Source: Candidatus Shapirobacteria bacterium (GTDB taxonomy: Bacteria > Patescibacteriota > Microgenomatia > UBA12405). From it: a stretch of DNA of 64,000 nt. This document shows, piece by piece, positions 19,625-28,870 of this stretch. The notes beneath the pieces are model-generated. The model was given only the letters and a program-made list of their open reading frames with translations, was not told where the DNA came from and did not search any database. The position numbers and the translations under genes were made by a program. The stretch spans positions 33,962 through 97,961 of the forward strand of contig JBAYUY010000001.1 in NCBI GenBank assembly GCA_041674845.1, in the 5' to 3' direction. Each line of letters starts with the position of its first letter. The stretch's first letter is position 1.

Positions 19625-20341
19625 ATGAAAAAAATAATATTGATTGTGTTGGTGGTAGCGGGGGCAATTTATTTTGTACCAAAAATGGATTGGGGAAAAA
19701 TACGATGGATACCAGCAGAGACAGTTACTGTTACTGGTGAAGCAAAATCACAACAAAAAAATCAAATAGCTAGTTTTTCAGCGGGGATAGATGCTGTTAA
19801 TGATAGTAAGGAAAATGCAGTCAAAGAAGTAAATACAAAAATGGAATCGTTAATTAAAGCAGCGAAAGATTTTGGAGTTTCTGAAGGAGATATCAAAACT
19901 CAAAGCTTAAACTATTATCAAAGCGAAGAAGTTTATTATGATAATGGAATTCAAAAATCAAGAAAAGGTCAATGGCGAGTAAGTAATTCGGTAACCATAA
20001 CTTTACGAGAAATAGACAAATCGGGTGCCTTGGCTGATATGTTGGCTTCGTCAGGGGCAAATAATGTTTATGGGCCTAATTTCCAGTTTGATGATACGTC
20101 TGAATTTGAAAATTCTCTTTTTGACCTTGCTATTAAAAATGCCAAAATCAAAGCAGAAACAATTGCAATGGCTTCGGGACGAAAACTAGGAAAGGTAATT
20201 TCAGTAAATGAAGGTTTTGGTGGAGGAAACATATATCCAATGATGGCATCAAAGGGTGCTGAAGGTGGTGGTGGTGCACCAATCGAAGTAGGGACAGGGA
20301 CAGTCTCGAAAAGTGTCACTGTCGTTTTTGAGTTGAAGTAA
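19625..20341 (+). CDS. SIMPL-domain (DUF541) secreted protein
   Basis: Signal anchor; overall SIMPL pattern (ITVTGEA..., C-terminal VSVTVVFEL). Confidence 0.65.
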   Translation: MKKIILIVLVVAGAIYFVPKMDWGKIRWIPAETVTVTGEAKSQQKNQIASFSAGIDAVNDSKENAVKEVNTKMESLIKAAKDFGVSEGDIKTQSLNYYQSEEVYYDNGIQKSRKGQWRVSNSVTITLREIDKSGALADMLASSGANNVYGPNFQFDDTSEFENSLFDLAIKNAKIKAETIAMASGRKLGKVISVNEGFGGGNIYPMMASKGAEGGGGAPIEVGTGTVSKSVTVVFELK

Positions 20342-20343
20342 TT

Positions 20344-21072
20344 ATGTTTATTTCTGATGATGAAAGTTTAAATAAAAGTGAATTTGTTGTTTCTACTACA
20401 ATTGAAAATGGACTAAATTATTCAAGAAGTATTGTGGAAATTAATCATTCAGAATTGGGTTTCCATAATTTGGATCATAATAATGATACTCGAGTTTTTG
20501 CGTTAAAGATGATATATCAAGCGATGTCGAGTGGAAATATTAATAATGAAGATGGACAACTGCTACTTTTGGCTGTGGGGTTTCATGATGTTGTTCAGGG
20601 CAACGGTCCGATTGTTAATGAAAGAATGAGTGCTGATATTGCCAGAAAGTGGATGGAAGAAAATAAGGAATATACTGAAGAAAATATTGCACTTGTTGAA
20701 AAAATAATTATGGGGACGGCGATTGAACGTGGAGATGATGGAAAAATGCATCAATTGGCTGAACATGTTGCTACAGGTAATCCAAATACAGATTTGTTGA
20801 TAAAAATGATGGCAGATATTGATTTATTTAATATTGGTGCAACAGAAGATATTTTTGAAAACCGTTCGTTAGGTTTATGGAATGAAATGTCGGGTACTGC
20901 TTATATTAAAGTCGATGACATGGATATTGATGAGCAACGTAAATTTTGGACTTTTGAACATGATTTTTTGGAAGGACGTAATTATTTGACAAATAATGCG
21001 CGACAATTGTCTCCAAATATAGAGAACAACCAAATTTTGGTAAATCAAAAGATTGCAAATTTAACTGTCTAA
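20344..21072 (+). CDS. hypothetical protein, possible HD-domain phosphohydrolase
   Basis: HNLDH ... VGFHDVV His/Asp pattern only. Confidence 0.35.
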   Translation: MFISDDESLNKSEFVVSTTIENGLNYSRSIVEINHSELGFHNLDHNNDTRVFALKMIYQAMSSGNINNEDGQLLLLAVGFHDVVQGNGPIVNERMSADIARKWMEENKEYTEENIALVEKIIMGTAIERGDDGKMHQLAEHVATGNPNTDLLIKMMADIDLFNIGATEDIFENRSLGLWNEMSGTAYIKVDDMDIDEQRKFWTFEHDFLEGRNYLTNNARQLSPNIENNQILVNQKIANLTV

Positions 21073-21100
21073 CAAAACAAGTTGTGAGGTAAAATAGGTG

Positions 21101-22228
21101 ATGAATAAAATATTTGAGTTGATTGAAAAAGAAGCGCAACAACAAAAAGATTTGGTTTATTTAATTCCCAGTGAAAATTTTATATCGGAAAATGTAAAAA
21201 AAGCGCTTGGGAGTGTTTTGTCTAATAAATATGCGGAGGGTTATGTTGGAAAACGTTATTATCAAGGTAATGAAATTATTGATGAAATAGAACAACTGGC
21301 GATTGATAGAGGTAAAAAACTGTTTGGGGTAGAGTATTTAAATGTTCAGCCATATTCGGGAAGCCCGGCAAATATGGCCGTGCTGATGGCTTTACTAAAT
21401 CCGGGTGACAAAATTTGTGGACTAAAGTTATCGTCTGGTGGTCATTTGACTCATGGTCATCCAAATATTACATTTTCGGGAAAGTTTTTTGACAGCCTAC
21501 AATACGATGTTAATGAAGATGGACGGATTGATTATAACAAACTGTATCAATTAGTAGATCAAAATAGACCAAAATTAATTTTTGCAGGAACTACAGCTTA
21601 TCCATGGATTTTGGATTGGAAAAAATTTAAGGAAATTGCGGATAGTGTGGGGGCATATTTGGTGGCTGATATTTCTCATATTGCGGGATTAATTGTTGGC
21701 GGGGTGCACCCTGATCCAGTGCCCTATGTTGATGTTATAACCTCAACAACTCACAAAACATTACGTGGTCCACGGGGTGCAATAATTGGAACAAATAATA
21801 TTGAGCTGTCAAAGAAGATTGATAAAGCTGTGTTTCCAGGAATACAAGGTGGTCCGCATATGGCAACGATTGCGGCCATGGCGGTTGCTTTTGAAGAGGA
21901 TTTACAACCAGAGTTTAAAACATACGCGAAACAAGTGATTGATAATGCCCAGGCATTGAAAAAAGGACTAGGGGATTTGAAAATTTTTGGAACGGAAAAT
22001 CATTTGATGGTAGTGGATGTGGGTGTGGATAGAGGAAAAGAAGTTGCAATAAAATTAGAGAAAAATGGAATTATTGTTAATGCAAATACTATTCCTCATG
22101 ACAAAGGTAGTCCTTTTAAACCTTCGGGAATTCGAATTGGGACTCCAGCAATGACAACTCTAGGATGGAAAGAAAATGATTTTTTTGAATTAGGAAAGAG
22201 AATTAATGTGATTGTCGGGATCAGATAA
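21101..22228 (+). CDS. glyA: serine hydroxymethyltransferase (short C-terminus)
   Basis: SENF..., TTHKTLRGPRG PLP-lysine motif; 39-nt convergent overlap with the next gene. Confidence 0.9.
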   Translation: MNKIFELIEKEAQQQKDLVYLIPSENFISENVKKALGSVLSNKYAEGYVGKRYYQGNEIIDEIEQLAIDRGKKLFGVEYLNVQPYSGSPANMAVLMALLNPGDKICGLKLSSGGHLTHGHPNITFSGKFFDSLQYDVNEDGRIDYNKLYQLVDQNRPKLIFAGTTAYPWILDWKKFKEIADSVGAYLVADISHIAGLIVGGVHPDPVPYVDVITSTTHKTLRGPRGAIIGTNNIELSKKIDKAVFPGIQGGPHMATIAAMAVAFEEDLQPEFKTYAKQVIDNAQALKKGLGDLKIFGTENHLMVVDVGVDRGKEVAIKLEKNGIIVNANTIPHDKGSPFKPSGIRIGTPAMTTLGWKENDFFELGKRINVIVGIR

Positions 22229-23194
22229 GGTGTTGATAATTAGTTTTTGTAAAATATCTTCGAAAGATAAATCATAAAGGCCTAAAACTTTACTAATAGA
22301 GCAATCATCAGGACCAAGGGCGGGATTGGCACTTACATCGATTATGTAATGACGTCCAGAAGCGTCAACTCGAAGATCAAATTTGGCAAAATCTTCAAGT
22401 TTTAAGACCTCAAAGGCTAATTTTAAACTATCTTTTATTCGTTCAGGTAATTCATATTTTTGATATGTAAAAATATCTTCTTCTCCCCAATTGCCATCAA
22501 AAGTGGCGAGATTATATTTACTATTGGTTTGTGTTTTAAATATTTTTTCTCCAGAATATACTTTGGTATTAATACCTTCAATAATATGAACTGAAATTTC
22601 ACGTCCGGCAATATATTCCTCGATTAATATTGGTTGTTTGTAAATATCATGTAAATATTTAAAACGAGTTCTTAACTCTTTTTCATTTTGACAAACTGAT
22701 GCGTCGCAGATTTCTATTGAACCATGGTAATCATTTAATTTGGTAATGAGAGGAAAATCCATTATGACATTTAATTCATCAACAGACTCTTTTAATAACT
22801 GACATTTTGGAGTGGTTATTCCCCATTGTTCCAAAATATTTTTGGTAAAAAATTTGTTTGTATTGATAGTCATACCCATTACTCCAGTTCCGGTGTAGGG
22901 GATTTGAAGTAGCTCTAATGTTGCTGGAATTGTGGCACATAAATATTCTTGACCATAAACCGAATCAACGCAATTAATAACAAAATCAGGTTTATATTTT
23001 TTTAAATTTTCAGTTAATTGATTATCACCAGGGAAGGTAGTGGCATTAATACCCATTTTTATTAATCTGTTGGCGATAATCGCAGTTCTGTCTTTGGCCT
23101 CAACTTCGGATAAATATATTTGTTCACTGGGAAAATATTCGCGCCTTGCATCGGCATATAGAATCGCAATACGTTTTGGGAGAAAATTGTTCAT
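22190..23194 (-). CDS. ATP-grasp enzyme, D-Ala-D-Ala-ligase-family paralog
   Basis: 334 aa; Ddl-like N-terminal Rossmann region and ATP-grasp core (ILIEEYIAGREISV); differs from ddl at 3871. Confidence 0.6.
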   Translation of the reverse strand: MNNFLPKRIAILYADARREYFPSEQIYLSEVEAKDRTAIIANRLIKMGINATTFPGDNQLTENLKKYKPDFVINCVDSVYGQEYLCATIPATLELLQIPYTGTGVMGMTINTNKFFTKNILEQWGITTPKCQLLKESVDELNVIMDFPLITKLNDYHGSIEICDASVCQNEKELRTRFKYLHDIYKQPILIEEYIAGREISVHIIEGINTKVYSGEKIFKTQTNSKYNLATFDGNWGEEDIFTYQKYELPERIKDSLKLAFEVLKLEDFAKFDLRVDASGRHYIIDVSANPALGPDDCSISKVLGLYDLSFEDILQKLIINTLSDPDNHINSLS

Positions 23195-24069
23195 TATATG
23201 CCCTTGATAAAATCTTTTATTTTTGGCCCAATCTCGGGATCTTTTAGTGCCATAAGAATGTTAACTTTAATCCAGTTTAAAGGGTCGCCAGTGGTGGTCC
23301 ACTTGGAATTGGGTGAATCGATTTCAGTTAATACCACTTTTGATTTGTCAGAGGCAAGGTTATTAACCGCGTCAGTTAACCACAATTCTCCTCGTGCTGT
23401 AGCGGTTTTGTTTAAAATATCAATAATATATGGTTCAAAAGCAAAGCGGCCGATCATGGCGTGATTCGAGGGAGCATTTTCTGGTAGCGGTTTTTCGACA
23501 ACAGAATCCATTTGGTTGTTTTTCAAATATTTGACTGAACTTAGTTTACTAATTTCTGAAGGTAAAGCTATTGTAACACCACAAACTGCAGCAGCCTTTG
23601 ATATCTCAAAAGTTTTGAGAATGTTTTTTAAATAATTGCCAGTTTCTTTTTCGAGAATAAAATCGTCACCATAAAAATAGGCAAAAGGATCATTGCCAAT
23701 AAAATTTTTTGCGGCCAGTATGGGAGAACCGTTACCATAAGGGAAGTCATTGGTCTGAGGTATAAAAATCAGATTGGTTATTTGGCCGACAATTCGGTTA
23801 TATTCGGACATATATATTTCTTTGTTGTTGGAAGAAAGATAAGTATCAAGCTCGGTGTTCTTTTCAAAAAATTGATTTAAAGTTGTCTCGTGGTCACGAT
23901 GAACAATACAAATTTCGGTAATACCAGCGGATACACATTCGTCGAGGGCATATAAAATTTGTGGTTTACTAAGTACGGGGAGTAACTGTTTGGCATAACT
24001 TTTGGTGGTGGGCAAAAACCTGGTGGACCACCCACCACAAGCGAGTACGGCTTTGGTTATTTTTGACAT
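23194..24069 (-). CDS. galU: UTP--glucose-1-phosphate uridylyltransferase-like nucleotidyltransferase
   Basis: AVLACGGWSTRFLPTTKSYAKQLLPV N-terminal sugar-nucleotidyltransferase motif. Confidence 0.75.
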   Translation of the reverse strand: MSKITKAVLACGGWSTRFLPTTKSYAKQLLPVLSKPQILYALDECVSAGITEICIVHRDHETTLNQFFEKNTELDTYLSSNNKEIYMSEYNRIVGQITNLIFIPQTNDFPYGNGSPILAAKNFIGNDPFAYFYGDDFILEKETGNYLKNILKTFEISKAAAVCGVTIALPSEISKLSSVKYLKNNQMDSVVEKPLPENAPSNHAMIGRFAFEPYIIDILNKTATARGELWLTDAVNNLASDKSKVVLTEIDSPNSKWTTTGDPLNWIKVNILMALKDPEIGPKIKDFIKGI

Positions 24070-24083
24070 ATTAAATCATTGTA

Positions 24084-24944
24084 TCAATTTTTGAAGATTG
24101 TTATTAGAATTCCTATCGATACCAGTATCATGGCAACTATTTTATTTGTTATATTTTTATTTTCTTTTTGAACAAATATACCAATTAATACGTTAATTAT
24201 TACGGCTAAAGCATTTACAATTATGACGGAAATTATACTACCTATTTGGTAAGCATAAAGTATTGCAACAATGTATGTCCCCCAGCTAAATCCAGTTATA
24301 TAAAATGAAGGTTTGTGAGAGTTTTTGTACTCTAATTTGAGATCATTTAAACTAATTTTTTCTGATATTCCAATAATTATTGAGGGAATAAGAAGGGTTA
24401 GTGCAACATAGAAAGGTAAATTGATTTGTTCTGAAATTCCGATATCAATAGAGAGAGCGATAGCAAAAACTAAATTAGTAAGTAGAGCAAATATAAAATA
24501 TTTGTTAATTTGAAATTTACCTTTTTTGTTATAAGTTAAGGCTATTTGTCCTATTATTGTGATTATGGCACTGACTATTTTCCAAAATCCAGGAACTTGT
24601 TTAAAAATAATTACACTGATTACAATCAAAAATACATCTGATGTTCTATTGAGGATGGAAAAAACTGATACATCTAAATTCTTTTTTACATCAGCGCCAA
24701 GTCGGTCATTTAGAGCATAAAAAACACAAGCAATTATTAATAATAACCAATAATTTGTTGACATACTTAAATCTATTGAAAATAGTGGGGTCCAAAGTAG
24801 AGCACAAACACCTCCGCAAACTTGGGCTATGATTGTTGAAGCACCAATATTTTTTGAATCACGAAAATATATTCTGGAGTATTGATTAAAAAATACTCCA
24901 AATATAATTACTAATGCCATTACTAGTAGAAAAGAAATACTCAT
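24084..24944 (-). CDS. EamA/DMT-family membrane transporter
   Basis: 286 aa; about 10 TM helices in two similar halves. Confidence 0.6.
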   Translation of the reverse strand: MSISFLLVMALVIIFGVFFNQYSRIYFRDSKNIGASTIIAQVCGGVCALLWTPLFSIDLSMSTNYWLLLIIACVFYALNDRLGADVKKNLDVSVFSILNRTSDVFLIVISVIIFKQVPGFWKIVSAIITIIGQIALTYNKKGKFQINKYFIFALLTNLVFAIALSIDIGISEQINLPFYVALTLLIPSIIIGISEKISLNDLKLEYKNSHKPSFYITGFSWGTYIVAILYAYQIGSIISVIIVNALAVIINVLIGIFVQKENKNITNKIVAMILVSIGILITIFKN

Positions 24945-24948
24945 CTAG

Positions 24949-25021
24949 TGGACCCAAGGGGACTCGAACCCCTGACCTTTCCCATGCCATGGGAACGCGC
25001 TACCAACTACGCTATGGGCCC
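24949..25021 (-). tRNA. tRNA-Ala (GGC)
   Basis: Manual cloverleaf fold: GGGCCCA acceptor with G3:U70; anticodon loop ATGGCAT; T-loop TTCGAGT; CCA not encoded. Confidence 0.85.
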
Positions 25022-25063
25022 AAATTGTTAAAACTGTATGGATATTTTAACACAAAGTGTTTG

Positions 25064-25135
25064 CAGGCCCATGAGGATTCGAACCTCAAATGGAGATTTT
25101 GGAGATCCCAGTGATAACCATTTCACTATGGGCCT
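25064..25135 (-). tRNA. tRNA-Trp (CCA)
   Basis: Manual fold: AGGCCCA/TGGGCCT acceptor; anticodon loop CTCCAAA; T-loop TTCGAAT. Confidence 0.85.
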
Positions 25136-25206
25136 AAAGATTGTTAATATACAACACTGATTTTACCAAAAATAACCTAAAAATGAGTTATTGGGTATAA
25201 TCGGTT

Positions 25207-25752
25207 ATGGCAAACGTTGATATTAAAGTTTTTGAAAATATTTATCCAAAAGAAAAAATAATATTTGATAAATTTATTAGTGATAATTGGGATGAACCGT
25301 TAGATGTTAATAATCAAGATAATTTTGATATTCCGCGGTTGTGGATTGTAGGGTATCGGAATAATCGAATTGTGGGTTTGTTTTTGATATATGATCGTGA
25401 AATTATATTTGAAAACCAAAAAATAAAAATGGCAGGTTTGGGAGGAGTGGTGACAAGGGTTGATTGTCGACGAACTGGAGTAATGAGTCAAATACTGCAA
25501 AAATTTTTTACACAATTTTTACCAAAATATAAATTTGATATTGGATTGTTGTGTACTGATATAAAAAAGATTGGAAAATTGTTTGGTCGAGTAGGGTTTG
25601 TACCATTAAATAGGTCATATTTTTTTATTGATAAAAATGGAGTGGAGAAGGAAGAAACAGGGGGGATGATAATGAATTTGAATACTAAAAAATTGGGATC
25701 AAAAATACTAGGATCAAAGGCAAAGCTGTTTGTGGGAAAGAGTAATTTTTAG
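25207..25752 (+). CDS. GNAT-family N-acetyltransferase
   Basis: GLGGVVTRVDCRRTGVMSQIL acetyl-CoA-binding motif (R-x-x-G-x-G/A-like). Confidence 0.7.
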   Translation: MANVDIKVFENIYPKEKIIFDKFISDNWDEPLDVNNQDNFDIPRLWIVGYRNNRIVGLFLIYDREIIFENQKIKMAGLGGVVTRVDCRRTGVMSQILQKFFTQFLPKYKFDIGLLCTDIKKIGKLFGRVGFVPLNRSYFFIDKNGVEKEETGGMIMNLNTKKLGSKILGSKAKLFVGKSNF

Positions 25753-25757
25753 TTTGA

Positions 25758-25934
25758 TTATTTTCCACCACGACTTTGGGTGCGAAAGCGTTGAAGAAAG
25801 GATGGCCCATTTTTACTCATCATGTTTTTGTTGAGAAAATTGTTGGTGGGTTGAAATTTGGGTGGTATTTTGACAATTAGAGGTTTGGTTGATTGTTCGT
25901 TTTGAAGGGTGTTTTTGACTTGTGTTTTACTCAT
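25758..25934 (-). CDS. 58-aa basic peptide, unlisted ORF coupled to the EpmA-like gene
   Basis: Hand-translated MSKTQVKNTLQNEQSTKPLIVKIPPKFQPTNNFLNKNMMSKNGPSFLQRFRTQSRGGK; its ATG overlaps the upstream stop (ATGAGTAA). Confidence 0.4.
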   Translation of the reverse strand: MSKTQVKNTLQNEQSTKPLIVKIPPKFQPTNNFLNKNMMSKNGPSFLQRFRTQSRGGK

Positions 25935-26679
25935 ATGATTCTATTATACTCAATAATCGGTCAATGCCAAGTCCGATTCCAGAACAAGGTGGTAATTTGC
26001 TGCAATTGTTGATAAATTCGGAAGAATAGGGGTGAGTAGGCAGATTGTTGTCTTGACGATATTTTTGTTCATTTTTAAACGCTGTTTTTATTGATTTTGA
26101 ATTAGTATTTTCTTCACATCCGTTGGCAATTTCTATGCCATTTATGTATAGTTCGAAACGTTGATTGGGAACGGCCAATGGTGATAAAAAAGATGGATAA
26201 CCGGTGATAAAAATGCCTATATCTTTTGGTAAATTGGGTTCAATTTCGTTTAAAAAAAATTGATTAAAATCGGGTTCATTGTCAAAATTTGTATTATTTA
26301 ATTTAAATTCATCAAATTTTAGATTGGGTAAAAAATGGTTAATTAGGTTTTGGGTAGATAACTTTAAATCATCGAGATTTTTGTTAATCTCGTACCATTC
26401 GAGCATGAGAAATTCGTTGGAATGTAAAGGGCCAGTGTTTTCTAAATTACGAAAACAATGAGCAATAGAAAAACAATTTTGTTTGTTTTTGGCCAAAAAT
26501 TCTTTTAAAGCAAATTCAGGGGAGGTGGGGAGATACCAATTGTTTATTTTAAATGTATAAAGATTAGGTTCGAGGGGTAGAGATTCGTTTAGATAAGGGA
26601 TTTCAACTTCGGTAAAATTTTTGCCCCACAAATATTGACGAATTGATTTAAGAAAGTTGGCAGTGGTAGTCTGGGTCAT
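25927..26679 (-). CDS. epmA: EpmA/PoxA-like class II aaRS-core ligase (EF-P lysyl-transferase family), short
   Basis: CFRNLENTGPLHSNEFLMLEWY (motif 2); FELYINGIEIANGCEE; PPCSGIGLGIDRLL (motif 3). These closely parallel E. coli EpmA. Confidence 0.7.
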   Translation of the reverse strand: MTQTTTANFLKSIRQYLWGKNFTEVEIPYLNESLPLEPNLYTFKINNWYLPTSPEFALKEFLAKNKQNCFSIAHCFRNLENTGPLHSNEFLMLEWYEINKNLDDLKLSTQNLINHFLPNLKFDEFKLNNTNFDNEPDFNQFFLNEIEPNLPKDIGIFITGYPSFLSPLAVPNQRFELYINGIEIANGCEENTNSKSIKTAFKNEQKYRQDNNLPTHPYSSEFINNCSKLPPCSGIGLGIDRLLSIIESYE

Positions 26680-27397
26680 AGCAAAGAGGGTATTTTTTTG
26701 TAACTGATAAATATTTATCGATAACGTGGTCTAACGGATCTTTAAGTGATCCAATAGAAATGGTTGATTCACAACAACCATAAAATTTTCCATTAGATTG
26801 TAGTGAAAATATATTACATCCAAAATCTTTGGGAGGATAGCAGGGATAATTGTGGCGAATTTCTTTGACTTGATCTCGTGTTAGTGAACCGAGACGGTCG
26901 GTCAAATAAGTTTTGTGTAAATTAAATATATTTAATTTATCTTTATAGGGATATGAATCTTTGGTAATTAAATAAAAAATTTCAATTGGAAAACCTAAGC
27001 TTAAAGCCTTTTTAACAAATCTTTTGGATTTAGAAAAATTGCCTTTTCCTCGGTTGTAGTCATGAATGTTTTTTGGTCCATCAAAAGAGACGATTAGTTG
27101 GCAGTTTTGGGGTGATTTAATTTCGTCCAATTTGTCAATCGTACCATTGGTAATAATTGTAATAAATATGTTTTGATCGATTAAGTTATTGACTAGGCTA
27201 GGAAAGTCGGGGAGGGTAAAAACTTCGCCACCACAAAAAATGATTGATTTTAGTTTGGTAATTTTTTGGTAATTGTCGACAAAATCTAAAATTTGTTCAT
27301 TACTGAGAATTGTTTTGGGTTTTTTGGTATAACAATATAGACAGGACAAATTGCACAATTCTAATGGAGAAATGTAGATATTTTCCAACAAAGACAT
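26648..27397 (-). CDS. radical SAM protein with C-terminal Cys-rich (SPASM/twitch-like) region
   Basis: CNLSCLYC CxxxCxxC motif; C-terminal GCNIF...NGKFYGCCES...PLCYDPDYHC; 32-nt overlap with the EpmA-like gene. Confidence 0.8.
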   Translation of the reverse strand: MSLLENIYISPLELCNLSCLYCYTKKPKTILSNEQILDFVDNYQKITKLKSIIFCGGEVFTLPDFPSLVNNLIDQNIFITIITNGTIDKLDEIKSPQNCQLIVSFDGPKNIHDYNRGKGNFSKSKRFVKKALSLGFPIEIFYLITKDSYPYKDKLNIFNLHKTYLTDRLGSLTRDQVKEIRHNYPCYPPKDFGCNIFSLQSNGKFYGCCESTISIGSLKDPLDHVIDKYLSVTKKYPLCYDPDYHCQLS

Positions 27398-27577
27398 TTA
27401 TTTTAGTTTGGTTGATTCTTTGTGCTCGGATTTTTTCTTGCACCAACGACAGTACTTGGTGAATTTGAGCTTGTCGGGAGTATTCATCTTGTTCTTTTCA
27501 GAAAGATAGTTTTGAGCGCCACATATGCCACACAAAAGGGCGATAAGTATGCGAGGTGTTTTTTTTGCTTTTGCCAT
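27398..27577 (-). CDS. rpmG: 50S ribosomal protein L33 (unlisted, 59 aa)
   Basis: Hand-translated MAKAKKTPRILIALLCGICGAQNYLSEKNKMNTPDKLKFTKYCRWCKKKSEHKESTKLK; its stop abuts the radical SAM start. Confidence 0.85.
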   Translation of the reverse strand: MAKAKKTPRILIALLCGICGAQNYLSEKNKMNTPDKLKFTKYCRWCKKKSEHKESTKLK

Positions 27578-27592
27578 AGAGGGTATTATAGC

Positions 27593-27889
27593 TTAGTTGT
27601 CTTTTAATTTCTTGATTTGTTTTTCAACGGCCTCAATTAGGTCAACAAGAGCTGATTCAAAAATAATATGTGAAGTTTCGGCATATATATTTTCTTTGCC
27701 AGGTAGGTTCATATCAAAATTAATAGTGTATTTCTCATATTTGTCTTTTTCGACTTTGACGGAAGCTATTTTTTGTTCTGGGGAATAATGAGATAGAAGT
27801 TTTTCAAGATGAAGATTAATTTTTTCGTCGATTAATAAGCGATTACCAGCAGAAAGTATAAGATTGTCGGCAATGATTTGGATATTCAT
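27593..27889 (-). CDS. hpf: ribosome hibernation factor (HPF/RaiA family, short form)
   Basis: 98 aa; MNIQI...NRLLIDEKINLHLEKL...VKVEKDK... S30AE pattern. Confidence 0.7.
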   Translation of the reverse strand: MNIQIIADNLILSAGNRLLIDEKINLHLEKLLSHYSPEQKIASVKVEKDKYEKYTINFDMNLPGKENIYAETSHIIFESALVDLIEAVEKQIKKLKDN

Positions 27890-27972
27890 TATTTTATTTT
27901 TTAAATAAATAAATTTTGCCTATATTTAAGCTAATAGTATGTCTACTGGCAGATACCAGTAACGAGTGATAG

Positions 27973-28356
27973 CTATTTGTTAAAGCTAGGAAAGAGAATA
28001 TTTTCTTCGACGATAATACGATTTTTTATTTTGTCACGAATTTTTTGGTATTGAGATAAAATTTCGGGAGTAATTGTGTCGGTGTTTAAAATAGTCGCTG
28101 TGACTTTTGTAAAATCGGCAACGTATTCAGGCATAGTATTGGAAAAAACCGTACCGATTTGTTTTGTTTCTTGGCTTTTGGACTGGGCGAAAGAGGGGTA
28201 CAGACTGTCATCCTCTTCTTGTAAATGTTTGGATGTAATTATTTCTAATTGTTTTACTAATTGGTGAATAACGTTGATATCTGTTGTTTGGTCGATTTGG
28301 TCGAAGAGGGAAAGTATTTGTTGATGTTCGGATTTGAGACTGTCAATTAGATCCAT
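27973..28356 (-). CDS. hemerythrin-like (HHE cation-binding) domain protein
   Basis: LKSEHQQI... and KHLQEEDDSLYP... helix pairs. Confidence 0.6.
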   Translation of the reverse strand: MDLIDSLKSEHQQILSLFDQIDQTTDINVIHQLVKQLEIITSKHLQEEDDSLYPSFAQSKSQETKQIGTVFSNTMPEYVADFTKVTATILNTDTITPEILSQYQKIRDKIKNRIIVEENILFPSFNK

Positions 28357-28660
28357 TGATTAATTTTATACCTTTTAGTCCTAATAATAAAAGGGTAAAA
28401 ATAAATATTTTTAAAATATAATAACCATTTGGATCTAAAAAGTTTTGAGTCATTTTGGTGTAGTTACCAACTGCCACATGAATTAAAATACTCATATGTA
28501 AGGTTAAATACATCCACGATGAGGTGGGAATATTTATATTTATTTTAAAAAATAATTTGGTTAAAAGCGATGAGAGCAAATATATTCCCAAAAATGAGAC
28601 AGCTAGGTCAAATATTGCATATTCAAATATTCGAAACGAACGAAGATATTCTATTGTCAT
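28343..28660 (-). CDS. small membrane protein, hypothetical
   Basis: 105 aa; 3 predicted TM helices; the ATG shares one nt with the tRNA-Ser CCA end. Confidence 0.45.
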   Translation of the reverse strand: MTIEYLRSFRIFEYAIFDLAVSFLGIYLLSSLLTKLFFKININIPTSSWMYLTLHMSILIHVAVGNYTKMTQNFLDPNGYYILKIFIFTLLLLGLKGIKLINGSN

Positions 28661-28744
28661 GGCGGAGAGTACAGGGGTCGAACCTGTTAGTGATTGCTCA
28701 CACGAGTTTTCAAGACTCGCGCATTACCGTCCTGCCCACTCTCC
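28660..28744 (-). tRNA. tRNA-Ser (TGA)
   Basis: Manual fold: GGAGAGT acceptor; anticodon loop CTTGAAA; long variable arm; CCA encoded. Confidence 0.85.
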
Positions 28745-28761
28745 ATAATGTTAATAAAATG

Positions 28762-28834
28762 AGCCTGGAATGGAATTCGAATCCATGACCTTCCCCTTAC
28801 CAAGGGGATGCTCTACCAACTGAGCTATCCAGGC
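28762..28834 (-). tRNA. tRNA-Thr (GGT)
   Basis: Manual fold: GCCTGGA acceptor; anticodon loop TTGGTAA; T-loop TTCGAAT. Confidence 0.85.
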
Positions 28835-28870
28835 ATATGTTTGTAACATAGGTATTTTATCAAGAAATAT

